Shown here: positions 9,310 through 19,020 of the stretch, one piece after another
Position numbering within the stretch: position 1 is the first letter of the stretch
Layout of the letters: every line of letters starts with the position of its first letter
DNA from: Patescibacteria group bacterium
Lineage (GTDB): Bacteria; Patescibacteriota; Minisyncoccia; UBA6257; 2-01-FULL-56-20
DNA: 64,000 bases
Direction of reading: 5' to 3'
Assembly: GCA_018971305.1 (NCBI GenBank)
Contig: JAGXBC010000002.1
Coordinates: 144,046 to 208,045, forward strand
The notes under the pieces: model-generated
Seen by the model: the letters and a program-made list of their open reading frames with translations, nothing else
What the model was told of the DNA's origin: nothing
Databases searched by the model: none
Translations under genes and position numbers: made by a program

Positions 9310-10824
9310 ATGAAAAAAGCAATCCGTTATTATTTTGAAAAGTTATTAAGCATTTTGAAGGTCAGGCAAAATGTAGGGGGAGTTGAAATCTCCGACCTTG
9401 CTTTGCGTTTCGCTAATTTTGACGGAGAAAATTGGCGCATCAGCGGCGTGCGTTTGGAGCCGGGAATATTGGATGGCGGAAAGATAAAGAACAGGGAAAA
9501 ATTTATTGAGGCGTTGAAGACGCTGAAGCTTCAGGCTCTTGGAGAGGATAAAGCCAGAAAGAAGATGAGTATCGTAGCCTCATTGAGCTCCATAAGTATT
9601 TATAGCCAAGTTTTCAGCTTGCCCATAATTGAAGGAGAAAATTTGAGCAAAGCCATAGACCTTAATGTACAGATGGTTTCCCCGATAGAAGCAGCTCAGG
9701 CTTATTCCGGATGGCAGACTGTCGGTGAGGACCAAAGCTCGTTGCGTCTGGAAATTCTGAGCGCCTTTATTGATAGAAGCGTCGTTGACGGTATGAGTCA
9801 GGCTTTTCGCGACGCTGGGTTTATGATGATAGCCATGGAATCACGAGCCCTGGCCCTCGCCCGTCTTTTAAGGACCGAAGGGGTGGGTTTTGACCCTCTG
9901 AAGGCCTATATTTTAATCAGTTTGGATAATTCCGGTTTGGACTTCTTAATAATCAGGGGTGGCCAGCTTTATTTTGAATATTTTAGTCCCTGGCGCGATG
10001 TTGCCGATGATCAGGGGCAAATTTCCATGCCGGCATTTGAAGCCGTGATCACCCGCAACTTACATCAGGTAATGAATTTTTATGGCCAGCACTGGAAAGA
10101 ACCTTTGGGTGAGGTTTTGCTTTCGGTTTCGGCTATGAGGGAAGACGTGGAAAGGATAATAAAGAGCAATTTTTCTTTAAGCGCAACCGACCTGAAATTA
10201 AAAACAATTCAATCCGTTGGTCCAGAATGGTATGTGGTTTTAGGATGCGGCTTGCGCGGGCTCACTTCTAGGAGCAGAGATAAAGAAATGAGCCTGTTGG
10301 GCATTGGCGCCAGGGAAGAATTTGCCCGTGAACAGCTTGTGTCCTTCGCGGAATTTTGGAAATTACTTATGCCAGTTGCTCTTGGCCTGCTCGTAATTAT
10401 TTTCGTTTTCGCCGATTTATTTCTGGTTCAGACTAGAAAGTCTCTGGAATCGCAATCGCTATTCACCATGGAGAGCGGAGCGGCGAAAGAAAACGAACTT
10501 TTACAAACTCAGGCCGAAAGTTTCAACCAATCAGTTAAGATGATAGCCTCCGTAGAGAGTACTTCTGTTTCTCAGGGAAGATTATTGGAAAAAATTTCCG
10601 GTATTGCTTCTTCGAACGGTGTAACAATCAACAGGCTTTCCGTGGCAGTCTCTTCAAATAATGCAACATTGAATGGTCTAGCTGATTCCGAAAGCAAAAT
10701 TGTGGCCTTTAAAGATGCACTGACCGCAGATTCGGCTTTTAAAGATATTAATTTACCACTCTCTGCTATAAGCGTCGGTCCGTCCGGCCTATCTTTTTCA
10801 ATGTCTTTCACGCTTAATAGATAA
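9310..10824 (+). CDS. PilM-PilN fusion (pilus alignment complex)
   Basis: GGVEISD actin-like PilM start; TM at about aa 350-373; PilN-like C-terminus ATLNGLADSESKIVAFKDAL...FSMSFTL. Confidence 0.8.
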   Translation: MKKAIRYYFEKLLSILKVRQNVGGVEISDLALRFANFDGENWRISGVRLEPGILDGGKIKNREKFIEALKTLKLQALGEDKARKKMSIVASLSSISIYSQVFSLPIIEGENLSKAIDLNVQMVSPIEAAQAYSGWQTVGEDQSSLRLEILSAFIDRSVVDGMSQAFRDAGFMMIAMESRALALARLLRTEGVGFDPLKAYILISLDNSGLDFLIIRGGQLYFEYFSPWRDVADDQGQISMPAFEAVITRNLHQVMNFYGQHWKEPLGEVLLSVSAMREDVERIIKSNFSLSATDLKLKTIQSVGPEWYVVLGCGLRGLTSRSRDKEMSLLGIGAREEFAREQLVSFAEFWKLLMPVALGLLVIIFVFADLFLVQTRKSLESQSLFTMESGAAKENELLQTQAESFNQSVKMIASVESTSVSQGRLLEKISGIASSNGVTINRLSVAVSSNNATLNGLADSESKIVAFKDALTADSAFKDINLPLSAISVGPSGLSFSMSFTLNR

Positions 10825-10840
10825 TTACCGGAAATAATCT

Positions 10841-11335
10841 CTATTCTTTTAGAAATAATTCTTCGGAGGATATGATTTCCTTGAATGTTTGTTCTAGCGT
10901 ATTCATATCGGCCTTGCCGATTTTTTTTAAGACGAATTCCGAAGCTTGTTTTCTCTCGTCCGCTCTGCGTACCCCGATTCTCAGCCGCCAGAATTCTTTA
11001 CCGCCTACGTTATTAATCACAGATGCCACTCCTTTGTGTCCGGCAGCGCCGCGATCAAAAGACAATTTGTATTCACCAAGCAATATATCGGAATCGTCGT
11101 GTGCTATGAGCAGGTTGTCTCTTTTGAAGCCATATTTTTTTAGAAATTTTTTGACGCTCAGACCGGAGTCGTTCATAAAAACGCCGGATTTTACGATGTG
11201 AAATTTCGGATCATATAATTTGTCCTTCATATAATCGATAAATAAAAAACCCGCGTTATGATAGGTATTTTTATATTCCGGCCCGGGGTTCCCCAGTCCA
11301 ACAACGATTTTTATTTTCGACACGTTTTCAACCAT
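10841..11335 (-). CDS. pth: Peptidyl-tRNA hydrolase
   Basis: VVGLGNPG-x-x-Y-x-x-T-x-HNAGF, FMNDSG, AHDD, GHKG, RLRIG; start placed 7 nt after TATAAT. Confidence 0.95.
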   Translation of the reverse strand: MVENVSKIKIVVGLGNPGPEYKNTYHNAGFLFIDYMKDKLYDPKFHIVKSGVFMNDSGLSVKKFLKKYGFKRDNLLIAHDDSDILLGEYKLSFDRGAAGHKGVASVINNVGGKEFWRLRIGVRRADERKQASEFVLKKIGKADMNTLEQTFKEIISSEELFLKE

Positions 11336-11372
11336 TTGCTTCATTATACCTAAAGACTTATACTTAACCACA

Positions 11373-11921
11373 ATGCGTCAATTTTTTGCCTCATTTCTAG
11401 AAGTAATTGAGATTGCGCTTGTGGCCATTGGAGCGGTTTTCTTGATCAGGAGCTTCTTGATTCAGCCATTTCTCGTGAGCGGTTCCAGCATGGCGCCTAA
11501 TTTTGAAAACGGGGATTATCTTTTAATAGACGAATTAACATATCATTTTCGGGCGCCGCAGCGGGGCGAGGTCATCGTTTTCCGCTATCCGAACGATACA
11601 TCGACATATTTTATTAAGCGGGTTATAGGTCTTCCGGGCGAGAGAATTGAAATTAAAAATGACAGCATAACTGTTTTCAGCGATACCGACCCGAAGGGAC
11701 TTGTTTTAGATGAAAATTATTTGCCGAAATCAACCGTTACGAGCGGAGACGAAATAATTCAACTTAAGCAGGGTGAATACCTGATGCTAGGGGACAATCG
11801 TGCCTACAGTTTTGATTCCAGAAGCTGGGGACCATTACCCGCCAAAGATATTATCGGTATCGTCCGTTTGCGCCTTTGGCCGCCCGCCGGGGTTACCGCT
11901 TTTGCCGCTCCGCAATATTAA
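11373..11921 (+). CDS. lepB: Signal peptidase I
   Basis: SGSSMAP catalytic Ser, FIKRVIGLPGE Lys, GDNR-x-x-S-x-DSR. Confidence 0.96.
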   Translation: MRQFFASFLEVIEIALVAIGAVFLIRSFLIQPFLVSGSSMAPNFENGDYLLIDELTYHFRAPQRGEVIVFRYPNDTSTYFIKRVIGLPGERIEIKNDSITVFSDTDPKGLVLDENYLPKSTVTSGDEIIQLKQGEYLMLGDNRAYSFDSRSWGPLPAKDIIGIVRLRLWPPAGVTAFAAPQY

Positions 11922-11961
11922 GAAGACATAGTGTTCATTCAGGATATATAATAATTTCAAC

Positions 11962-13269
11962 ATGCCCAAGCTTAAGAAAAATAAAAACAACGAACGCTTG
12001 ACCAAGTTCCGTTCGCCGCGGGGCATGTACGATATTTTGCCGATTGATCAGCAGTATTGGGACCGCATTGAAACGGCGGCTAAAAACCTCGCCCGTTCTT
12101 ATAATTTCCATCGTATTGAGCCGCCGATTCTGGAGGACGCGGATTTGTTCAGAAAGACCATTGGCGAAGAAAGCGATGTCGTGGAAAAAGAGATGTACAC
12201 ATTAAAAACCAAAGGGGGCGATGTTTTGGCTCTCCGTCCCGAGTATACGGCCTCCAATATGCGTGCTTATCTGCAGAATAGCTTGTCACGCATAGGTCAG
12301 CCGCAAAAGCTTTATAATTTCGGTCCCGTGTTTCGCCACGATAGACCACAGTTGGGGCGTCTTAGAGAGTTTTGGCAAATAGGATTTGAAATAATCGGAG
12401 GTACGAACGATCCCATCTTTGATGCTCAGATTATTTTGATCTTTAAGAGTTTGTTGGACGAACTGAAGATAAAAAACACTGTTTTGAAAATTAATTCCGT
12501 TGGTTGCCGGGTTTGCCGTCCGATATACAAGAAGCAGCTGCAGAACTTTTATAAGAACCACGAAAAAGAATTATGCGAGGATTGTCTGAGGCGGTTAAAA
12601 ACCAACCCGCTGCGTTTGCTGGACTGTAAGAACGAATCGTGCGTAAAACTTAAGGATAAGGCCCCGAATTTTTTGGATAAACTTTGCGTAACTTGCAGCG
12701 CTCATTTTAAAGAAGTTTTGGAATATTTGGATGAACTAAAAATATCTTATGTGCTTGATAACCAGCTCGTGCGCGGCTTGGATTATTATTCGAGAACTGT
12801 CTTTGAAATTTTTGCCGAAGGCAAAGAAAGTGAAATCGGGGCATTGCCGGGCGGAGGCCGCTATGATTATCTAATGGAATTTTTGGGCGGGCACACAACC
12901 CCTGCGGTTGGCGGCGCTTGCGGCGTGGAGAGGTTAATCGCCGTGATGAAGGCGAAAGAAATTATCCCAGCGATCAAGGCGCTAAAAAGAGTTTTTGTTG
13001 CGCACGCCGGAGAGATGGCTAAGAAAAAGGCATTCGTTTTAATGAAATCGCTGGAGACGGAGGGCATCGCGATTTCCGAAGCTTTATCCAAAGAATCTTT
13101 AAAGGCCCAGCTTAAAGCTGCCGACAAAGAAGGTGTCCCGCTGGCTCTGATCCTTGGCCAAAAAGAAATCTATGAATCTAGCGTTATTCTTCGCGACATG
13201 CGCACGGGCTTGCAAGAATCTATTTCTTTGGATAGAATTGTTGAGGAAGTTAAAAAAAGGTGGAAGTAG
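11962..13269 (+). CDS. hisS: Histidyl-tRNA synthetase
   Basis: LRPEYTA, FRHDRPQLGRLREF, LVRGLDYY, GGGRYD motifs. Confidence 0.97.
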   Translation: MPKLKKNKNNERLTKFRSPRGMYDILPIDQQYWDRIETAAKNLARSYNFHRIEPPILEDADLFRKTIGEESDVVEKEMYTLKTKGGDVLALRPEYTASNMRAYLQNSLSRIGQPQKLYNFGPVFRHDRPQLGRLREFWQIGFEIIGGTNDPIFDAQIILIFKSLLDELKIKNTVLKINSVGCRVCRPIYKKQLQNFYKNHEKELCEDCLRRLKTNPLRLLDCKNESCVKLKDKAPNFLDKLCVTCSAHFKEVLEYLDELKISYVLDNQLVRGLDYYSRTVFEIFAEGKESEIGALPGGGRYDYLMEFLGGHTTPAVGGACGVERLIAVMKAKEIIPAIKALKRVFVAHAGEMAKKKAFVLMKSLETEGIAISEALSKESLKAQLKAADKEGVPLALILGQKEIYESSVILRDMRTGLQESISLDRIVEEVKKRWK

Positions 13270-13278
13270 TTCTTAGGC

Positions 13279-13695
13279 ATGGAAGATTGTCTATTCTGTA
13301 AGATAGCCGCAAAGCAGATACCGGCGGATGTTGTTTATGAGGATGAAAACACGCTGGCATTTCTTGATGTGAATCCCAGGGCTCCGGGGCATACTATTAT
13401 TATTCCAAAGAGCCACCGGGAGACGATTCTAGATTTACCGGAGAAGGAGACAAGCAGTTTGTTTTCAGCGGTTAAGATAGTGGCTGATGCGGTTTCCGGG
13501 GCTTTGCACGCTGATGGCTTGAATATCGGAATAAATCATAAGCCCGCCGGCGGACAGGTAGTCAATCATCTCCACGTCCATATTTTGCCAAGGTTTATAG
13601 GCGACGGGGGTACGTCGGTCCAGGGAATAGTAAATAATCCACCGAAGGATTCGTTAAAAGAAATCTGTAAAAAAATTAAGTCATTTAGAAATTAG
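13279..13695 (+). CDS. HIT family nucleotide hydrolase
   Basis: CLFC start, GH and HLHVH histidine triad. Confidence 0.95.
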   Translation: MEDCLFCKIAAKQIPADVVYEDENTLAFLDVNPRAPGHTIIIPKSHRETILDLPEKETSSLFSAVKIVADAVSGALHADGLNIGINHKPAGGQVVNHLHVHILPRFIGDGGTSVQGIVNNPPKDSLKEICKKIKSFRN

Positions 13696-13726
13696 AAATT
13701 TTAATCTGTAAATTATAATTTTAATT

Positions 13727-13942
13727 ATGCCAATAGAAGTAAGAAAAAAAGCCAGTGAGTCTCCGAATACCTTGTTTTTTAGTTTTTCGAAGAGGGTTAA
13801 AAGAAGCGGAGTTCTTAAAGAAGCGAGGAAGCGCCGTTTTCACGACCGCAAAACGAGCCGCTTGAAGCGACGCCTTTCGGCGATTCATAGGGATAATAAA
13901 AAGAAAGATATGGATCGGGCGCGCAAGCTGGGAATCGTGTAG
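13727..13942 (+). CDS. rpsU: 30S ribosomal protein bS21 (divergent)
   Basis: FSKRVKRSGVLKEARKRRFH; basic 71 aa; upstream of yqeY. Confidence 0.85.
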   Translation: MPIEVRKKASESPNTLFFSFSKRVKRSGVLKEARKRRFHDRKTSRLKRRLSAIHRDNKKKDMDRARKLGIV

Positions 13943-14008
13943 AAGTTTGGATAAGCGGCGGCACGGAATATTGGCAGCTAATTGCAATCAAAAAAATAAT
14001 AGTTTCCT

Positions 14009-14452
14009 ATGTCTCTCGTAGATCGCATTAAGGAAGACGTGAAAGCATCTCTTAAATCTGGTGCCTCGGCGCGAGCCGGAGTTTTGCGGTTATTGCTCGC
14101 CGAGCTCCTTAATAAAGAAAAGGAAAAATTCGGCGGAACAGGAGGGAATCTTGAAGACGCGGATGCTATAGCGGTTTTACAAAAGGAAGCTAAGAAGAGA
14201 AAGGACGCTATAGAGCTTTTCCGCAAAGGGCAAAGGGAAGACCTGGAAGAAAAAGATGAGGCAGAATTAAAGATTGTGGGGGAATATTTGCCGCAGCCGA
14301 TGAGCGTCGGAGAAATCGGCTCTATTATAGATGGAGTAATAGCCAAGGGCGCGAGCGATTTTAATTCCATAATGAAAGAAGCGATGAAGGAGCTCAAGGG
14401 TAGGGTCGACGGCAGGGTTGTTGGAAATATAATAAAAGAAAAGATAAAATGA
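14009..14452 (+). CDS. GatB/YqeY domain protein
   Basis: KEAKKRKDAIELF...EYLP...GRVDG motifs. Confidence 0.93.
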   Translation: MSLVDRIKEDVKASLKSGASARAGVLRLLLAELLNKEKEKFGGTGGNLEDADAIAVLQKEAKKRKDAIELFRKGQREDLEEKDEAELKIVGEYLPQPMSVGEIGSIIDGVIAKGASDFNSIMKEAMKELKGRVDGRVVGNIIKEKIK

Positions 14453-14868
14453 AGCGTGGCGGTGGCGGGGGGACCTTGGTTTTTTCCGAAAAACGAGCCG
14501 CAATGGTTGTTAGGAATAGCATTCGTCTGCTCGGATTTAAAAAGTCCAAAGCGGACGTTTTTTTGTTGTCGGGGAATAAAATGAAGGATTTAAAGGCCAG
14601 ATTTTACGGTCATAGGCCGGAAAAAGCCGTAGATGTATTGTCTTTTCCGGAGCCAAGCGATTTTCCATCTCCAGAAATCAAGGCTAAATTTCTGGGGGAA
14701 ATATATTTGAATAAAGATATCGCCCGGACCGATACGGAACGCTCTACTTTCCTGGTTATCCACGGACTTTTACACCTTTTGGGCTATACACACGATAAAA
14801 AAAATGCTATTTTGAAGATGGAACGACTGGAAAAAAGGCTTGTGGAAAAAATATTTTGGCGCCTTTAG
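14449..14868 (+). CDS. ybeY: Endoribonuclease YbeY
   Basis: DVLSFP, LGEIYL, HGLLHLLGYTH. Confidence 0.93.
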   Translation: MKRGGGGGTLVFSEKRAAMVVRNSIRLLGFKKSKADVFLLSGNKMKDLKARFYGHRPEKAVDVLSFPEPSDFPSPEIKAKFLGEIYLNKDIARTDTERSTFLVIHGLLHLLGYTHDKKNAILKMERLEKRLVEKIFWRL

Positions 14869-14912
14869 TTGTTCGCTTGTCGGTGAGTGGAGAAAATCGC
14901 TAAATCTTAAAT

Positions 14913-16139
14913 ATGTCATCAAATTTTGTTACAGGATTAGATATTGGAACCCACTCCATTAAGGCGGTTGTCGCCGAAAATCGCCGGGGAAAACCCTTAT
15001 TAAAATTTGTTTTCAAAACGCCTTCCGCAGGAATGAGAAAAGGAGCTATTGTTGATTTAGCCGAGGCTTCTCAGGCTATAGGCCATGCCATCGCGGAAAT
15101 AAAAAAATTTTCTAAGCAGGCTGCGAAAAATATTTATCTTAACATCGGTTCGCCGCAAGTGAAGGCTCAGGCCTCGCGCGGTATTGTGGCTGTCTCTCGC
15201 GCTGACGCAGAAATTTATCGGGACGATGTTGAACGAGTTGTGAAGGCTAGCGAGGCGGTTAATTTGTCTCCGAACAGAACTATAATCCACAACGTAACCA
15301 AGGAGTTTATAGTTGACGGCATAGGCGATATTTCCGACCCCATCGGGCTTTCCGGAAACAGATTGGAAGTCCACAGTTTAATAATTGACGCTTTTTCTCC
15401 TCACGTTAAAACGCTTATCCGCGCAGTGGAGCTTGCTGGGGGAGAAATAGGCGGCTTGGTTTTCAGTCCGCTTGTAGCCAGCCGTTCGGCGCTAAGTAAG
15501 AAACAAAAAAATTTAGGAACGGTCCTGATTGATGTCGGTTTTGGGACGACGGGAATGAGCGTATATGAAGAAAACAAACTTGTTGGTGTTGCTAAATTCC
15601 CTGTTGGTGCCGGAAATATTTCCAACGATTTGGCGGTTGGGCTTAAGATCCCTGTTGATGCCGCTGAGAACCTCAAGCTTGGTTATGGATATGCGCTGGC
15701 CAGAGACGTCGGTCATAAGGAAACGGTTGATCTTAAAAAATTTTCACCAGAGGCAAAAGGAATAATTTCGCGGAGATTCATTGCCGAGATAATAGAATCC
15801 CGCCTTGCGGAAATCATAGGATTCATAAATAATGAGTTAAAAATTTTGGAAAATCGGGGCCGTTTGCCGGGCGGAGTCGTTGTTGTCGGTGGCGGAGCGA
15901 AGATGGCGGGGCTTTCTGAGCTTGTCAAACAGGAATTGAAACTCTCTTGCCAAATTGGATTGGCATTGGATAATGAATGGGAGGTGGAAAATACCGAATT
16001 TGAGGAGAATCTGGAAGACCCCGAATTCGTTACGGCTTTAGGCCTCGTTCTTTGGGGGATTGACGAAGAGGACTGGAACGGTAAGAATCTTTTCTCCAAA
16101 TTCAGCGTAAGGACGGCACTCAAGTATTTCTTGCCATAA
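14913..16139 (+). CDS. ftsA: Cell division protein FtsA
   Basis: GLDIGT, IDVGFGTT, VVGGGAKM actin-fold motifs; precedes ftsZ. Confidence 0.97.
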   Translation: MSSNFVTGLDIGTHSIKAVVAENRRGKPLLKFVFKTPSAGMRKGAIVDLAEASQAIGHAIAEIKKFSKQAAKNIYLNIGSPQVKAQASRGIVAVSRADAEIYRDDVERVVKASEAVNLSPNRTIIHNVTKEFIVDGIGDISDPIGLSGNRLEVHSLIIDAFSPHVKTLIRAVELAGGEIGGLVFSPLVASRSALSKKQKNLGTVLIDVGFGTTGMSVYEENKLVGVAKFPVGAGNISNDLAVGLKIPVDAAENLKLGYGYALARDVGHKETVDLKKFSPEAKGIISRRFIAEIIESRLAEIIGFINNELKILENRGRLPGGVVVVGGGAKMAGLSELVKQELKLSCQIGLALDNEWEVENTEFEENLEDPEFVTALGLVLWGIDEEDWNGKNLFSKFSVRTALKYFLP

Positions 16140-16152
16140 AGAATCTGCAATT

Positions 16153-17412
16153 ATGAAAAAAATAAAGAAATCAAAACAAAAAAACCAGGGTAAGCAAGCT
16201 CAGTTTGCCAATATTAAAGTTATCGGTGTTGGCGGTGGCGGCGGGAACGCGGTTTCGCGAATGAGCCGTGATTTTCTGCGCGGAGTGGATTTTATAGCTA
16301 TCAATACCGACCACCAAGATCTAGATGTCTGTGGTGTCAGGCAGAAAATTTATATAGGCAGGAATTTGACGCGAGGATTGGGAACTGGCATGAACCCTGA
16401 CCTCGGCAGACAGGCGGCAGAAGAAAACAGATCTGAAATAGCCGAGTCGCTCCATGGCGCAGATATGGTCTTTATAGCTGCCGGTTTGGGCGGGGGGACT
16501 GGAACCGGCGGCGCGCCTATTGTCGCTGAAGCAGCCAAACAGGCCGGGGCTCTTACTATCGCAGTTGTTACCAAACCTTTTGCTTTTGAAGGCTCTCAGC
16601 GCGACCGTATCGCGAGAGAAGGATTAATAAAGTTGAAAGAAAAAGTTGACGCCTTAATAGTTGTCCCCAACGACAGGATTTTTACGATTATTCACAAAGA
16701 CACCCCCATCCTAAAAGCTTTTGAAGCCATAGACGACGTTCTTAAAAATTCTTTGCGAGGAATCGTGGAACTCATCGCTTCTCCGGGGATCATCAATCTT
16801 GATTTCGCCGATGTCAAAAACGTTGTGCAAGACGCTGGTATTGCCGTTATAGGAGTAGGCACTGCCTCTGGGGCGGACAGGGCGACTAGTGCCGTTAATC
16901 TTGCCCTGAATTCTCCTCTGCTTGAGACAAGCGCCGAAGGAGCTAAGGCTGTGATTTTGGGAATCTCCGGCGGTCGGGATTTGAAGATGAGCGAGATCAA
17001 CGATGCCGCTAAGGTCGTTGCGCAAGTTGCCGATCCTGGAGCGCGTATTATTTTTGGCGCCTATCACGACAGAAGCTTAAAGCCCAACCAGATCAAGGTT
17101 ACTATGATTGCCACCGGGTTCAACGGTAACCAGCCCAACTCTCTTTTCTCGGGTCACTTAAGTGAAAGTAAGGCACAGGGAGTTTTCCCCCGAACCCTTA
17201 AATCCGAAGATGATGGAAGAGAAGAGAAAATGTCGCCAACCCCTTTTGATTCCAAACATTCCTCCGCGGCCGCAAAGGTAAAATCGTCCGACGGCGGCAG
17301 TCTCGGCCGTGAAGTTGTAAGGGAAGAAAAGCGTTTTGAAAAGGGAGACATCAGTAAAAAAGAAAGCGATATCTGGGACATCCCGACCTTCCTCAGGAGA
17401 AAGAAAAAATAA
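16153..17412 (+). CDS. ftsZ: Cell division protein FtsZ
   Basis: GVGGGGGNAV, GGGTGTG, NLDFADV, C-terminal DIPTFLR. Confidence 0.99.
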   Translation: MKKIKKSKQKNQGKQAQFANIKVIGVGGGGGNAVSRMSRDFLRGVDFIAINTDHQDLDVCGVRQKIYIGRNLTRGLGTGMNPDLGRQAAEENRSEIAESLHGADMVFIAAGLGGGTGTGGAPIVAEAAKQAGALTIAVVTKPFAFEGSQRDRIAREGLIKLKEKVDALIVVPNDRIFTIIHKDTPILKAFEAIDDVLKNSLRGIVELIASPGIINLDFADVKNVVQDAGIAVIGVGTASGADRATSAVNLALNSPLLETSAEGAKAVILGISGGRDLKMSEINDAAKVVAQVADPGARIIFGAYHDRSLKPNQIKVTMIATGFNGNQPNSLFSGHLSESKAQGVFPRTLKSEDDGREEKMSPTPFDSKHSSAAAKVKSSDGGSLGREVVREEKRFEKGDISKKESDIWDIPTFLRRKKK

Positions 17413-17435
17413 CAAAGATATAAATACAAAAATAG

Positions 17436-17460
17436 AATACCTCGCGCAGCGCGAGGTATT
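17436..17460. terminator. Hairpin between convergent ftsZ and orphan gene
   Basis: AATACCTCGCGC-A-GCGCGAGGTATT. Confidence 0.7.
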
Positions 17461-17789
17461 TATGTTTTGTTTTCTGATGGCCACCAATCGTGTTTTAATA
17501 TTTCTGCGGCATCTTCAAAAGATTTTGCATTATGGAAGAGGAGATTATATGCTACATGCTCTGCGTTCGGTTTCTTTATCACGGGTTTAATATGGGGATG
17601 CCTTTTAGGTTTTGGTTGCCACCAGTCTTTTTGTAAAATATCGAGTGCCTCCGTTAATGACTGGGCCTTACCAAAGAGCAGCCTATAAGCTTCCTGATGC
17701 TTGTTGCGTTTTTCTTTGATGAATATAGGATTTTCATCCGGATGTTTTGGTGGAACATGGTGCTTCGTCCAGCCTCTTCTTGATGACAA
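17460..17789 (-). CDS. Hypothetical protein with internal tandem duplication
   Basis: Two copies of AY-x-LLF-x-x-A-x-S-x-x-x-A-x-x-IL-x-x-DWW; GAGGAG 5 nt before TTG. Confidence 0.7.
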   Translation of the reverse strand: MSSRRGWTKHHVPPKHPDENPIFIKEKRNKHQEAYRLLFGKAQSLTEALDILQKDWWQPKPKRHPHIKPVIKKPNAEHVAYNLLFHNAKSFEDAAEILKHDWWPSENKT

Positions 17790-17864
17790 GAGATCTCCTC
17801 AATAGCCAGTAATTCTGATTACCATCCTAACACCAGAAGTTCTGTGCCTGCAATACCCCGCTCT

Positions 17865-18911
17865 TTATTCGTCATTGTCCGGTCCCTCAATCGCCAAAGA
17901 TTCCGTATTCATTGCTTCGCCTGTTATTTTTAGGACATCTTTATCTATTTTCCCGAATTCTTTTTGCGCGTGATTATAGGCGCTGACAGTCGTTGTGAGG
18001 TTTTTGCCTATCTTACCGAAATACTCTTCGTAGTTGATTAGGTGCTTGCGAAGATTATCAACCTGCTTGATTATGTCTTGCGCTTGCTCGGATATTTTTT
18101 GATTGCGCAGGCCCTGTAAAACGGTTTGCAGGTAAGCGAGGAACGAAGTGGGAGAAACTATTATCACTTTTTTTTGAAAAGCGTAAGTTATCATATTTTT
18201 ATCTTCCGCGTCGCTGCCGACTTTATTTATCAGAAGATCGTAATATATCGCCTCCGATGGTATGAACATAAAAGCGAAGTCCATCGTGTCTTCCTGCGGC
18301 TTTACGTATTTTGATGTTTCGTCAATTCTGTTTTTAATATCAGAGACAAAGGACGATTCGTATTTTTTCTTTTCTGAGGGATCCGTGGCCGCGGCAAAGC
18401 GATTATAATTTTCCAAACTGAACTTGGAATCAATCGGGATTATTTTTTTATCCGCGAAAACTGCGGCGTCAACTATTACTCCGTCAGCGAAGGGGTATTG
18501 CATTTGATATTGCCCTGGGGGCAGGACGTTCTTCAAAACCGTTTCCAATAAATATTCCCCCAGTATGCCGCGTTGTTTGGGGTTTGTAAGCGTATCTTGC
18601 AGTTTCTTTATCTGTTCGTTCATAGCGAGCGTCTGTCGAGCTGCCTCATCAACCCTTGTCAGCTTTTCGGTAACATCGCTAATTATTTTTGCGCTTTGGC
18701 GTGTCACCTCGGTCACGGTATGCTTGGATTCATTGGCTATTTGCCCGAGCTTTATGTCAAGTGAGCGGTTCAATTCCGTCATTTGATGCTGCAAGATAAC
18801 TAGTGATTGGTCGTTTTGGTTGTTTGCCGGCTTATTCCTGGTCAGGCGCCAAACCAAGGCGATTCCCGCCGCGAGTACTATAAGCGTAACAATAAGTAGA
18901 ATTGATTCCAT
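17865..18911 (-). CDS. rmuC: DNA recombination protein RmuC
   Basis: KQRGILGE, IDSKF, DFAFMFIPSEA, VSPTSF; N-terminal TM. Confidence 0.95.
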   Translation of the reverse strand: MESILLIVTLIVLAAGIALVWRLTRNKPANNQNDQSLVILQHQMTELNRSLDIKLGQIANESKHTVTEVTRQSAKIISDVTEKLTRVDEAARQTLAMNEQIKKLQDTLTNPKQRGILGEYLLETVLKNVLPPGQYQMQYPFADGVIVDAAVFADKKIIPIDSKFSLENYNRFAAATDPSEKKKYESSFVSDIKNRIDETSKYVKPQEDTMDFAFMFIPSEAIYYDLLINKVGSDAEDKNMITYAFQKKVIIVSPTSFLAYLQTVLQGLRNQKISEQAQDIIKQVDNLRKHLINYEEYFGKIGKNLTTTVSAYNHAQKEFGKIDKDVLKITGEAMNTESLAIEGPDNDE

Positions 18912-19020
18912 TGTTTAATTTTAACTTTTATTCGTAGAAACCTCAAAATAAAATCCCCTCAATAAGCACGCAGGGGGATTTATGAGGAGCAAAACCTTTT
19001 ATATCTGACCGAGATCATTT

